Part shown: positions 30,701-44,018 of the stretch, piece by piece
Position numbering within the stretch: the stretch's first letter is position 1
Layout: every line of letters begins with the position of its first letter
Assembly (NCBI GenBank): GCA_033442325.1
Contig: JAWQFM010000035.1
Location: 280,730-341,471 of the forward strand
Direction: 5' to 3'
Length of the DNA: 60,742 nt
From: Salpingoeca rosetta
Taxonomy: Eukaryota > Protista > Choanoflagellata
The notes under the pieces: model-generated
The model's input: only the letters and a program-made list of their open reading frames with translations
The model's database searches: none
What the model was told of the DNA's origin: nothing
Program-made: the position numbers and the translations under genes

Positions 30701-33700
30701 GCCACGGGGCTGGTGCTCAACCCCGTGTCACTGGACTTTGCCGTTGACGGCATCATGTGTGTTGGGGACGACGACTATTATGTGGTGGTGCTGCCCGCCT
30801 GCAAGGATGCTGCGTGGGTGAAGGTTGGCGTGAAGGTCGACAACAGTGGCTCCGAGTGGAAGGCCGTGTTATACTCGAGCCAGGGCGTGCAGCTGAAGGC
30901 CATCACCACCACCAACGCCGAAGGCGTCGTGGACACGCAGCTGCCGGCTGTAGAGACGTCGGTTTACGTCATGATCTCTGCGGACGCCAGCACGGTAGTG
31001 CCGTACTCGATGCACTTTGGCACAGGGTGCGTTGACGGCGCCACTGCCCCACCACCAACACCGCCGCCACCAACGCCGCGCGTCACACTAGTGCCAGAGA
31101 CTCTGTCGCCAGTGACAGTGCCAGAAACCCCGCCACCTCCAGTCACGCCGTCACCACCACCAACGACGACACCGTTTGCGCCATGTGTGCAGAGCCACGA
31201 CACATTTGACACGGCTGCATTGGTGAACATGAACGGCGCTCCGGCTGTGATCTCGGAGGAGCTGGTGCTGTGCCCTGGCGGCTATGCCCACGTGCGCGTG
31301 TCAAACGTGCCACGATGTTTCAGCGGCCGGTTTACTGTGACGGCCACCGCAAGCGCCGCCACCAGTTGGCAGATCGAGGTGTTTGACACCGCGTCAACAT
31401 ATCTCGGCATTGATGGCATGTCCTTCAGCAGTGATACGGTTGAGGCAGGCCGCGCCCTCAGCAGCACCAGCCAGGTCCCCACGGAGGTGGTTGTGCGCGT
31501 GAACATGCATGACATCGACTTTGGCGTTGACGTTGGCGTTGGCGTGACGTTTAAACTCAAGGTGACGGTTGAGTGCGATGGCACGGCAGAGGTCACTCCA
31601 ACCCCCGTGTGCCAGGAGAGTAGCGCCACTGCCCACAACACCTTTGACAAGGCGGCCTTGCTGCGTGTGGCTGACAACGGCTACGCGTCCTCCAACACGA
31701 TGCTGCTGTGCCCTGGCGTGGCCAACTTCTTTGCCGTCGAGTTCCTCGCATGCTTTGCGGGCCAGGTTACCTTTACTGTCAGCACGGCCAATTCACAGCG
31801 GTGGCAGATGGAGCTGTTCAATGACGCATTTGCGTTCACGCGTGATGACGTTGTGGCATATTCACCCACGCTGGAGGTCCGATCATCGTTTGAATCCGAC
31901 ACGCTCCCCACGCTCATGTACGCGCGTGTTGCGGTCAACAGTGATGAGTATTTTACTTACGCTCTGACCGTGCGCGTTGAGTGCAGTGACATCTTAGGCC
32001 CAGGTGTGTCCACGGCGGCAAAGGTTGCGAGCACCCAAGGCACTCCCGTTGTCACAAAGGGGCCCGTCGTGACGGGTGGGCCCGTAAGAACGCAAGGCCC
32101 AACGACCACGCCACCAATCAACCAACGCACGCCAGACCCGACACCGCCTATTGGCGAGCAAACACCAACCACAAATACAACAGCAACAACTACGACTGGC
32201 ATGACTCCTACGTCGACCAACACCACCTCGTCGTCATCAGCGATTGTTTGTAGCAGCACGAATGATGACATGTACGAGCCGAACAACGTCATCACCAGCC
32301 CCTATTCCATCCCCAACAACGTGTCTATTCTGCGTGGGTGTGCCAACGACAACGACTACTACAGAGCGCACGTGTGCGGTGGAGGCACCATTACATTTAC
32401 GCTGCTTCACGAGCATAGCAGCGGTGATCTTGATGCTCTGCTGTACGTGTACACTACGACATGGACTGATGTCGATATCAGCCAGACATCAGCAGACGAG
32501 GAAGTGGTGACGTACACCAGCGACCTTGCTGAAGGAGAGGATGTGTTCTTGCAGGTGTTTGTCCCCACAAACGGCATGCATGTGCCGTATGAGTTGGGGA
32601 TTGAGCGGACCTGCCTGTCAACAGACGGCGATGATAATGGTGTCAGCGACGATGATAACGCCTTCGGCAACGGCAACAGCACCAGTGATGGCAACAGCAC
32701 GATGACAGTTGACTGCGCAGAGGCGGGAGTGTCTTCTCAGAGATCGTGCGACATTCAGTGCAGCAATGTTCCAGGATGTCTCTGTGTGTTTTCCACAACA
32801 CCGACAACAAACTGCACGTGTGCTGACGCGACCAACACGCCGCTGTTCACGTGCATGGGATCTTCAAGCCTCGTCTTGGATGATTCTGAGAGCTCTGATG
32901 ACGACGATGACAGCGCATCCAGCATGCCCGACTGCGAAGCCGAGGGGGTGATTTCCCAGTCCACGTGCGATGCCCAGTGCACAGGCAGCTCGTCGTGCGA
33001 ATGTGTCTTTGCGCAGCTTGACATAACAAGTGGCTGCGTTTGCTCCGATTCAGGTACATCCGTGTACATGTGCATGCACATCAGTGGAGACGTGTCTGGT
33101 AACAACACCGTATCAGACGGCAACGACAGCACACCTGATGACAACGACAACACGTCAGATGGTGATGGCGACAACACACCAGATGACAACGACAGCACAC
33201 CTGATGACAACGACAACACACCTGATGACAACGACAGCACACCAGATGACAACGACAGCACACCTGATGACAACGACAACACACCTGATGACAACGACAG
33301 CACACCAGATGACAACGACAGCACACCAGATGACAACGACAACACATCGGATGGTGACAACGACACCACTCCTTCTTGCGCTGAGGATGGAGTCACCTCT
33401 GCAGAGTTGTGCAAAGCCAAGTGCAACGGACAGCTGCTGTGCGGCTGCTCCCACTTCACTTACAACGGCGTGATGCAATTCTGCAGTTGCAACGGCCCAG
33501 ACGCATTCACATACACATGTTCAGGCGGCGACAGCACGGATGACAACACTTCCGACGGCAGCATCGACGACGGTACTGGCGGTGTTATCGACAATGATGG
33601 CGGTGTGACGTATGAGCCGCTTGCATGCACTGCGGAGGGCGTCACCTCCTACTTTTCGTGCTCCGCCCAGTGCTCAGGGCACGTGGGGTGCGGCTGCTCG

Positions 33701-36430
33701 TACGTTGGCCTTTCCAGCATGCAGTCGTGCGCATGCTCTACGTACAGCGGTGTTGTGTTTGCATGCGCAGACCCAGACGACGACACCCCCGTCGTTGACT
33801 GTGCAGAAGCAGGTGTCTCAAACGCGGCAACGTGCGACGCGCAGTGCACCGGGCATGCAGGCTGCTTCTGCGCTTTCAAGGAAAACGGTGACGCGTCCGC
33901 GTGCAATTGTGGAGACTTTGGCGGCAACATTTACTTTGCCTGCGCCACCAGTGTTGCAGTTGAAAGTGATGACAACGACACCACACCAGATACCAACGAC
34001 ACCACACCAGATGACAACGACAGCACACTTGATGACAACGACAACACATCAGATGGTGATGGCGACAGCACACCTGATGACAACGACAACACATCAGACG
34101 ACGACGAGTTTAGCGTGATTTTGACGATTGAGTGCATGGCTGATGGCATTTACTCCCAGTCAACGTGCGAGACGCAGCATTGTGATGCCAATGACCCGGC
34201 GTGTGTGTGCATGTTTTCTTCATCTGGCGCGTATGGCGGGTGTTTGTGCATTGACCTGACCACAGCGACACCGTTTTACGCGTGCACAAGCTATTTCAAC
34301 ACGGATGATGACGACAACAACACGGGCGGTGGCCATGATAATGATGACGACGAGATCTTCGTTGTTGGTGGCGGAGACGACGACAACTTGGCTGGTGCTC
34401 CGGACTGCTACGATGACGGTGTGACCACCCCAGCATTGTGCGACGCGCAGTGCGACTTGAATCCCTTTAATGCTCCATGTGCGTGCCGATTCCGAACTAG
34501 CGCAACGGCGGTGTCGTGTGGGTGTGTCACCACCACAAGCAAACCCGTGTACTTGTGTGTGACGCCGCTGGGTGACGGTGCTGGCGACGACGATGTTGCT
34601 GACGATGATGACGCAGGCAAGATCAACAACGACGACAACCAGACTGATGATGCTGTGGTTGTCATTGATGGTCCGGACGACGATGACATTCTGCTTGGTG
34701 ACGGCGGTGCTACTGACGACATGGTCAACACCACCCCTGTTGATCCCGCCGCTGCTGCTGATGACGATGACAACGGCACAGGCGCCAGTGCTTCTGCTTC
34801 AAGCGCGTCCTCTCTCGCCCCAATTGTCGGTGCAGCCGCCGGTCAGTACACGAACGTGTGTGTGTATTGAGTGCATGTGTATTTGATTGTGATTGAGCAC
34901 ATGTGTGTGTGTGCTGGGGAGGGAGTGTGGCACGAGGCTCAAGGCAAACTAATTTGGTGTTGGATGGCAACTGCTATGCTATCTGCACACTGTTCACTCA
35001 TATCATCACCTCTCTTGCTTATCACGGTGGCAACCACAAACGCATCCATCATCCACACACGCACACACGCACACACACATATACACATGCACATGCGCAT
35101 GCACGCACACACATGATTGCAGGTGGCGTGTTGCTGATTGCGTGTGTGGTTGGCTTTGTTGTCTATCGTCGTCGTAACCACATCAGCGACAGCACTACAA
35201 AGCTCAACAGCGCCAGTAGCAGCACTGGTAAGTCCACTTGCTCCTTGGTTGTGATTGCTGTGGTGATTGCTGTGGTGATTGCTGTGGTGATTGCGCGGGT
35301 TGTGTGCAGAGCAGTGTTGTACTTCATGAACCTTCCTGTTGCCCCAAGTTCGCCAACATGCCAACTCACACACATTGACACTCCCACACAAAACGCACAC
35401 ACAAACACACACATACACACCCACACATACATACACGATCAAAGGGGTGCTGTTTGTTCCACCGCGAAAGCTTTCATCGACCAAGTCGTCATCGTCACCA
35501 ATGGAGCGAGAATACCTCGAACCCACAGCGACAACGAAAAAGCAGAACCCGCTGTACAGCGAAGCGACCGACGCCAGCACCGACGAGAACACGTACGAGG
35601 CACTCAACTACGCAGACGTCGTTGCCATGACCGGCAGTGGCGCAGGTAACAAGAACAAGAACATGGGTAAGGGCAAGGGCAAAGTGAGTGGCGGTGTGGC
35701 GGCCGATGCAACGTCTCCAACATACGACAATGCGACGCCGTTCTCTGCTGCGATGCTGAGTCAGATCTCAGCCCTGCAGGCTGGCGTGGCAGGCGCCGAT
35801 GTGCTGTACGACAACAGCACTGCTGGTGATGCTGTGGTGTACGACAACACCACAGGCGGCACGGAGCCCGTTTATGACAACAGCACTGCTGGTGGCGCTG
35901 TTGTGTATGACAACAGCACTGCTGGTGGCGCTGTTGTGTATGACAACAGCACTGCTGGTGACGCTGTTGTGTATGACAACAGCACTGCTGGCTTCAGTGC
36001 ACAGCCGCTCTACGACAACACCACAGGCGCCAGCGTGGGCGCTGTGTATGACAACACCACATCAGCAGCAGAGGCTGTGTATGATAACCAACTGCGCCGC
36101 AGTGAGGGCGGAGTGCGCGGCGTTGTGTACGACATTGGTGGCATGGCTGAGATTCACGATGCTAATGATGACGACGAGGACGATGTGTATGCTGAGGCAA
36201 GTGTGTTTGGGTTTGGCGGCAACAAGATGTCGCTGAACGAGGTGCGCCGTGTTGATGGTGGGTACATCGAGACGTTCCCTGCAAGCAGCGTGGATCAAGA
36301 CAGCAGCAGCACCCACGATGATGACGATGATGACGATGATAACGCTGATGGTGGCAACGGGTTGGTGTATGACAACATGGGTGATGATGGTGATGTCTTG
36401 TACGCCGCGCCAATGCGACCAAAGAGATGA
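27743..36430 (+). CDS. Large single-pass receptor-like protein: signal peptide, PPC-like domains, 7 Cys-rich repeats, acidic spacers, TM helix, Tyr-motif-rich cytoplasmic tail, no kinase domain
   Basis: Signal peptide MAHLRPPSSAVAALALPLLLLLTATAA; several small 5' exons (28.0-30.3 kb); ~4.3-kb exon ~30581-34851; TM LAPIVGAAA|GGVLLIACVVGFVVYRRR (35122-35228); last exon ~35444-36430. The last two junctions are phase-consistent; 5' exon connectivity is inferred. Confidence 0.8.
33115..33365 (+). repeat. Coding 21-bp tandem repeat encoding (TPDDND[SN])n; related copies at ~33965-34105
   Basis: Unit acacc[ta]gatgacaacgaca[ga]c repeated in tandem inside the receptor's large exon. Confidence 0.9.
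35800..36090 (+). repeat. Coding ~33-bp tandem repeat encoding (VVYDNSTAGGA)n
   Basis: Unit gtgtatgacaacagcactgctggtggcgctgtt, near-perfect at ~35870-35990 and degenerate on both sides. Confidence 0.9.
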
Positions 36431-37188
36431 TGCAGTCTGTGTCTTGTTTCATGTGCAAGAAAGCTTGATCATGAGGGGGGCGGGTGAGTGCGCTTGTGTG
36501 TGAAGCGAGGAGAGGTGGAGAGGTGAGGATTGGAAACGCAACTGTCGTGCACCAACATTGGGCACTTTGTTGCATGAGTTTTAGCAGGCATGTGGTGGAC
36601 AGGCGTGGGTGTGTGTGCGTGGGCGTGTTTGTGAGTGATCGCGTCCCTGTTTGGTTCATTTACTTCTTTGGCAAACAATGCTCACTGCAAGCAAGAGCAT
36701 CTTTCATGGGGTTGTGCCCTTATGCACTCGTGTCGTTTGAGTGCTTTGTATTCTCAGTACTTTCGAAATACAACCAAAACCAGCACAGCAAGTGCGCCGG
36801 ACCTCAAACGGACAAGTGGGGGGGGGGGTGGGAGAGGAAGTACAGACAAGATGCCGTACTTCCACGAGTGCACAAACACACACACAGACACAGACACAGA
36901 CACAGGCACACAGACAAACAAACACAACTACGTGTGATGCAAACATGGGTGACGTAACGAGTTGAAAACAGCAAAATCAAGCGAGGAAGATCAGCATATC
37001 TAGTGGCGAAATGAAAACCAAAACAGCAAGTGGTGCAAGCGAGGGAAGCTAGGCGGCACTGAGGTGTATGTGTGTGCATGTGCATGTGTATGTTCATGTG
37101 TGCTTGTATGCTTGTGTGTGTGTGTCACGCGTGCTTGTACAGGAATGACTGCACGAATGGCTGATGGATGGCATGAGTAAAGCGTGGC

Positions 37189-37371
37189 CTATTCAGTTTT
37201 CTTGCCATTTGTTTCCTTTTTCTCGCCCTTGCCAAAGGCCACGCCAATGAATCCTTTCAGAATCAGTCGCGTCCACATGATGTTGAGGACAGTGCCTGTG
37301 TGTATGTGTGTGTGTATGTTTGTGTGTATGTGCAAGTAGATGTGTATGAAATCGTGGGCGCAAGAAGAAGA

Positions 37372-37402
<31 letters not shown>

Positions 37403-37813
37403 ACAACAGCAACAACAACAACAGCACCGCTCACCAGTCAGGCCCGAGAAGACAAAGAGCGCGAGGATCCAGTTGTCGACCAACGACGTGAACTCGTCCA
37501 AGCGAAGATAGAAGATGTACCAGAAGGTGGCGGGGATGCCCAAGCGAATCACCAGGAACGTCAGCACCATCATCAGGCCGTTTGCCACGTAGAGCGGCGT
37601 GTGGCGAAAACCTCCGTATTGGAGCACAAAACGCGCGTTTGCAAACGGGCCAGACAGCTCTGTGGACAACCACATGCCGGCCGTCCACGACAGCGGGTAG
37701 TTCTGCATATGCAGTGAGGCAGCGAGGGAATGACGAAAAGTAAGCTGGTGGATTGTTTGAGGTCACTGCACTGTGTATCCAAGGCAATCACACGGCCAGA
37801 CCCTCAAACACGA

Positions 37814-37892
<79 letters not shown>

Positions 37893-39144
37893 TGCACACG
37901 TATGCACACACGCGCGCGCGCGCACACACACACACACTCACATACACACACACACACACACTCACCGGTGCGGCTGTGAAGCAAATGACGCCGAGGATGT
38001 GGTGGAGAAACATCTCTGGAACGCGGAAGCGTGCCATGCCCATAGCAGCAAAGATGATGTGCAACACGAGGTCATACGCAAAGTACGCGCTGGACACGGC
38101 GCTGTAGAAGTCTTGCTCGGGCACCGGCCGGAAATAGTTGCCATCCTATGAGTGTGTGTGTGTATGTATGTGTGTGTGTGTGAGTTGTGTGTGTGTGAGT
38201 TGTGTTGTGAGTTGTGTTGTGAGACGTGAGGACACAAACACTCGCATCAAGCACGGCACAGTACAGCAATCCATTTCATGTGCATGAACAGACATGCCAG
38301 GCACACATGCGCACGTTGAAGTCGTTGTTCAGGAGTGTCCATCGAACGCTTCCTTGTGCGGTGATAGCAGCGTGGAGACCAGAGACGACGCTTGAAGGAG
38401 AGAAGAAACGTGGCAGTGGTGGTGGTGGTGGTGGGATATGAGTGTTTGTGGTGTCACACTCCGTCACTCAAAAAGCAATGTAGTGGAAACGTGGCAAGGA
38501 AGTCAGGAGAGTGCGACGAGACCTTGCCAAGGGAGATACAAGCCGTGTCACCTTACCAGGATGCCCAGTAGATTTTCATTTCCAAGTTGAGTTCACGGAA
38601 CGGCTTTGACAGCTTGTGGGAGATCCACCATGACACAACAAACGCGATGCTGCAGCAGCAGCGAAAAGGGGAGGGGGAGGGGGACGAGGAGAAAGCACGT
38701 GCATGTGTGTGAGCGTAGGAAGGGGGAGGGAGGAGTAGATGTGGGGTGCATGTGGGGTGCATGAGGGGTGCATGCAAAGAGAAAGAAACAGAGACGTACA
38801 TGCAAGCAGTCACAGACACACACGGGCACATTAACACACACAGACACACAGACACATAGACACACAGAGACACAGATTCAGACGTGCAAACTCACAGAGA
38901 CACACGCACAGACAGAGACACAGGCACACAAACTCATGCACACACACACAGACACAGAGACACAGAAACACAGACGCACACGCAACACACAGTCATGCAC
39001 TTACGAGTGAAAGACGAATGACATGGCCCAGACGCGGGTGAGATCGACGCACTGCCACCCTTCACAGGCATCCTGATCCACAACAGGGCAGATGCCGTCC
39101 ACGAGCGGCGGTCCGCTCAACCAACGAATCAACGCGTCCATCAT
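37189..39144 (-). CDS. TLC (TRAM/LAG1/CLN8) domain membrane protein, TMEM56/TLCD4-like, multi-exon
   Basis: VVSGLHAAI, SSAYFAYDL, MFLHHILG, WLSTELSGPFANARFVL..PLYVANGLMMVLTFLVIRL, LNIMWTRLILKG, and C-terminal KKTE (KKxx ER-retrieval motif). Confidence 0.88.
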
Positions 39145-39592
39145 GGCAGCGCCTTTGCAACAAGCCGCAAGGAATCGTATTCGGTGGCAACAAAAAGGTG
39201 GGGGGGGGAGGTGACTGTGTACGTGTGTGTCTGAAAGTGTGCTTGTGATGTGCCTGTAGGTGGTGAATGCGACACACAGCCGTTGTTTGGTTGCTTGGTG
39301 TTGTTGTTGTGTCGCGGAAGGAGTGTTTTGGCTGTGGGATTCGTCAGTGGGAGTTTTATTAATGATTTCCTACACAATTCGACGAGCGGCGAAGCGAGGA
39401 AGGAGCACAACTTCGCAAGCTGCACGCACGCTGACATCGGAGCATGATGATGCGATGACACGAGCGACAGACACACAGACACACACACAGACACACACAC
39501 AGACACACAGACACACAGACACACAGACACACACACACACACCCACACCCACACCCACACAGACACATGCACACACACACACACACACACGC

Positions 39593-40362
39593 CTAGCGGA
39601 TGCGTTCGTACATCTGCAGCCTGGCTGAGCGGCTGCGTGGATTGCGCCTGAGCTCCTTGCCAGCAGGTCCCGCCTCTTTCTTCCACACACACCGGTACTC
39701 AAGCTCGGGTGGCAGCGTCCATCGTGGCGGCTGCATCTGCCGCAGTGCATCCTCAGCAGCACGCAGTCGTCGTCTCACATCCTCCTCCCGGTCCACCACC
39801 GCCATCTGCTGGCGTGTCTGTGCCCGTGACCTATTGCCACTTCCTCGCGACTGTTTCGCGCCCGCCGATTTCGACTGCTGAGGCGATGGTGACGAGGGCG
39901 ATTGTGAAGGCGTGAGCAGCGCCGCCACCACGCGTGCTTCCATATCGGCGCATCGCGGTATTGCCCACGTCATCACGGCTTCCTCCTTGTCGACGACAGC
40001 GGCAGATGTGGCAGCTCTGGCGTCTATGCGTTTGGCGGCGCTGTGCATCCGCAGCAGCTGGTCACGCAAGTTTGCAAAGGCGGGATGGGGCGCCGTCACG
40101 TGTCCAGTGGAAGCATCGGTACCGTGGTCGACAGCACTGCTACCGCCATCATCATCACCATCACCACTGCTTTCAGACGCGTTGCAATCGTCGCTGTAGT
40201 CGACGCTGCCACCAATCACACCGCCACTGACGCACGGCCGATGGTGGGACGATCCGAGTCGCGCCTTCATGTTGAGATCGTACGCGCGCGCAATGCGACG
40301 GCGCACATCCTGCACAAACGCAACCGCCTCAGCCTTCTTCCTCTCGCCGCTAGTGGCGGGGG

Positions 40363-40432
<70 letters not shown>

Positions 40433-41019
40433 GGTAGTGTCGTGAGCATCACTGCTTGGGGTGTCAAAGGCCTCCTGTAACCGCTGCAAAATGGTGATGA
40501 GCACATTGCGTCTCAAGTGCCAGCGTCGCTCGTTGGCCGCGTGCAGTCCAACCACCCGCGTACCTTCCACAGCATCATTTATTGTCATCGCCTTGTCACT
40601 GTTTCCGCTCGCCTCTATCTCCTCCAGAGCATCTTGGCGCTGCTGTTGGTGTTCGCTGCCGTGTGCGTGGTTGTCGTGGTACGGCAATGCGCGTGCCATC
40701 ACAGCATCGTCATTATCATCATCATCATCATCATCACCAGCACCACCCTGACGATGGGGGTGCGTGCTCACGCCGGAGCCCGGGCGAATGCGTGCAAACG
40801 TCTTCTGTCGAACGGATGATTCGTCCACCTGGAAGGATAGGACACCGATGCGGCCCCCAATGCGCACGCGTGGTGCAATTGTCGTCAGGGCGGACTCAAG
40901 ATCCACCAGCTCGTCGTTCACACACACGCGCAGCGCCTGCATCGTTCGCGTCGCAACGTTGATGTTCAATTGCGCTGACGGCGGTGCTGACGATGAGGAG
41001 GCGGCAGCTGATGCACTCG

Positions 41020-41085
<66 letters not shown>

Positions 41086-41368
41086 CATGATCGTTGCCTG
41101 CATGTGCTGGTTGCTTGCGTGCAAACACATCGGCCACCACTGCCACCAGCTGCCGTGTTGTGTGGATGTATTCGCCGGCTCGTGCTTTCGCAATGGCGTG
41201 CGCAATGTCCTGTGCATTCTTCTCATCGCTGACAAGGGGCGAGGGGAGGAGGGAATGGGCGAGAATGCGTGTGTGCATGTGTGTGAATGTGTGTGTGTGT
41301 GTGAATGTGTGTTTGTGAACTTGTGTGTTTGTGAACTTGTGTGTGTGTGTGAAGGTGTGTTTGTGAAC

Positions 41369-41405
<37 letters not shown>

Positions 41406-41905
41406 GTGTGTGTGAAGGTGTGTGTGTNNNNNNNNNNNNNNNNNNNNNNNNNNNNNNNNNNNNNNNNNNNNNNNNNNNNNNNNNNNNNNNNNNNNNNNNN
41501 NNNNNNNNNNNNNNNNNNNNNNNNNNNTGGTGTCTGGTCGATGTGTGGTGTCTGTTTTTGTTCACTGAAAACACCGAGAAATCACACACTAAACTCTCAC
41601 GTTGATTGTTATCTGTTGTCTAGGCCTCGGGACTAGAAAATTCGTCGCTCGTGTTCCTTGTCACCGCTTCGAACTTCTGCCGTCCGCCTCCCGCCCTCAA
41701 GAATAAATGCAAGCCAGTATTATGTGCCGGTCGTGCGGACGCTAACTGCTCACAATGTGGCCCCTCGCGGGCTTCCTCTTGCTAGATTCGGGGGGGCGTT
41801 ATAGTCCTAGCAAGAAGTAGTAACTTCATCACAACCACCAAAAAAAACAAGCAAGACAAATAAAAAAAAAAAAAACGCTCTCTCACACAGCCTCACACTC
41901 GCACA

Positions 41906-41997
<92 letters not shown>

Positions 41998-42718
41998 TAA
42001 AGCACCTGCGCCGAGCGTCATGTCAAGGTGCGTGTTGCCACGGAAGGTCTGGTTGAAGCCCTTGACCACCTTCTTGTACAATGCCGGAAAGTGGTGGACA
42101 GGCGCTGCGTTCTTGCTACGGGCGTGTTCCCGATCTCTTCCTCGTCGGTCATGCTTGTGCGACGCCGTTGGCCGTGGCGTTCTTCCTGCTGCTCGTGCTC
42201 CTCGCTCCCTTCCCTTCACTGCCTTTCCTTTGCCCTTTCCTTCCTTTGCCCGTGCCTGCGTTGCCACGTGTCTCATCCATGTCGCCAGCGGCGCAACATG
42301 TGCTGCTGCTGATGCTGGCGTTGTGGATGTTGCTGCTGACGGCGGCGCAGTGGAATATGCAGGCAATCTCGCAGCTGTTCCGCTGCGTCCAGCGCACTGC
42401 CGGCCAAGCCGCAGCACGCTCCTCGCCATGGCCGCTTGATCTCGTGGAGAAGCGGAGGAGATGGGAGGGGGTGGATTGATGAGACGCACAACACACGTGG
42501 ATGTGGTTGTCTTTGCTGCTGTTGTTGTTCGTTGACGACCGTTTTTTCTGCCGCCAACAACAACAACAACAACAAAACAACAACAACAACACCCAATACA
42601 ACACAACACACACGTTCCATTCGCACACCACAATACACACAGCAGGCATGGTTGTATTGAGAGCCAAGTGCGCCATCATTGGTAAGCAGCAGCGTACACG
42701 AGCAATGACATCCTCTGC

Positions 42719-42801
<83 letters not shown>

Positions 42802-43201
42802 TTAAGCTGTCGCTTCGGTACAAGCATGTTTCCGAACGTCACAGCGATATCACGTCTGCCTCCTTCTATTCTTCCACATCCCCTCATATCGATTGCACCC
42901 GCACCAGGTTCGAGTTGATGAGATACTGGGCTGTGTCGATGACCGAATCGTCACCGTCTGCGGATATGATGTTCTGCGCGCCCGCCTTGAACACGTGCCG
43001 CACGTGGTTACCTGCGGTGTAAACCAGGGTGTTGCGCAGTGTGTGTACACGTGAGATGGGTTGCAAGTGCGGGCAATGGAGAAAGGCAAGGGAAATGGGA
43101 GGGCGTAGAAGAGCAAACAACATTCGAATGCTACACACACGCACACGCGCACGCACGCACACACACACACACACGCACACACGCACACACACACACACAC
43201 G

Positions 43202-43297
<96 letters not shown>

Positions 43298-43729
43298 TAA
43301 AGCACCTGCGCCGAGCGTCATGTCAAGGTGCGTGTTGCCACGGAAGGTCTGGTTGAAGCCCTTGACCACCTTCTTGTACAATGCCGGAAAGTGGTGGACA
43401 GGCGCTGCGTTCTTGCTACGGGCGTGTTCCCGATCTCTTCCTCGTCGGTCATGCTTGTGCGACGCCGTTGGCCGTGGCGTTCTTCCTGCTGCTCGTGCTC
43501 CTCGCTCCCTTCCCTTCACTGCCTTTCCTTTGCCCTTTCCTTCCTTTGCCCGTGCCTGCGTTGCCACGTGTCTCATCCATGTCGCCAGCGGCGCAACATG
43601 TGCTGCTGCTGATGCTGGCGTTGTGGATGTTGCTGCTGACGGCGGCGCAGTGGAATATGCAGGCAATCTCGCAGCTGTTCCGCTGCGTCCAGCGCACTGC
43701 CGGCCAAGCCGCAGCACGCTCCTCGCCAT
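39593..43729 (-). CDS. RsmH/MraW (METTL15-like) rRNA m4C methyltransferase, probably mitochondrial; middle exons missing or mis-assembled
   Basis: N-part [19 protein letters not shown]|NHVR..IISADGD. C-part [62 protein letters not shown]. Arg/Ala/Ser-rich presequence-like N-terminus. The DLGVSS/GPLDMRM segment is not visible (gap 41428-41527). Confidence 0.85.
41428..41527. other. Assembly gap (100 N, probably a placeholder of unknown size)
   Basis: Exactly 100 N inside the RsmH-like gene. Confidence 1.
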
Positions 43730-44018
43730 GGCCGCTTGATCTCGTGGAGAAGCGGAGGAGATGGGAGGGGGTGGATTGATGAGACGCACAACACACGTGG
43801 ATGTGGTTGTCTTTGCTGCTGTTGTTGTTCGTTGACGACCGTTTTTTCTGCCGCCAACAACAACAACAACAACAAAACAACAACAACAACACCCAATACA
43901 ACACAACACACACGTTCCATTCGCACACCACAATACACACAGCAGGCATGGTTGTATTGAGAGCCAAGTGCGCCATCATTGGTAAGCAGCAGCGTACACG
44001 AGCAATGACATCCTCTGC

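Noticed and set aside
35800-36090. 33-bp periodic repeat as a CRISPR array
   Set aside because: No unique spacers, in-frame coding repeat, eukaryotic context, no cas genes.
35122-36430. Receptor tyrosine kinase call for the large receptor
   Set aside because: No GxGxxG, HRD or DFG motifs before the stop, and the next gene is convergent.
41528-41890. Possible ncRNA or foreign insert next to the gap
   Set aside because: No recognisable structure or ORF; consistent with low-quality contig-end sequence.
42648-43022. Second IFT27 gene or RsmH paralogue
   Set aside because: Only the first exons are duplicated, identically, with no downstream exons following.
43722-43830. RFX X-box upstream of IFT27 (ctcgccatggccgc; gttgtct)
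   Set aside because: Only partial matches lacking the GTT/AAC ends; too weak without a motif scan.
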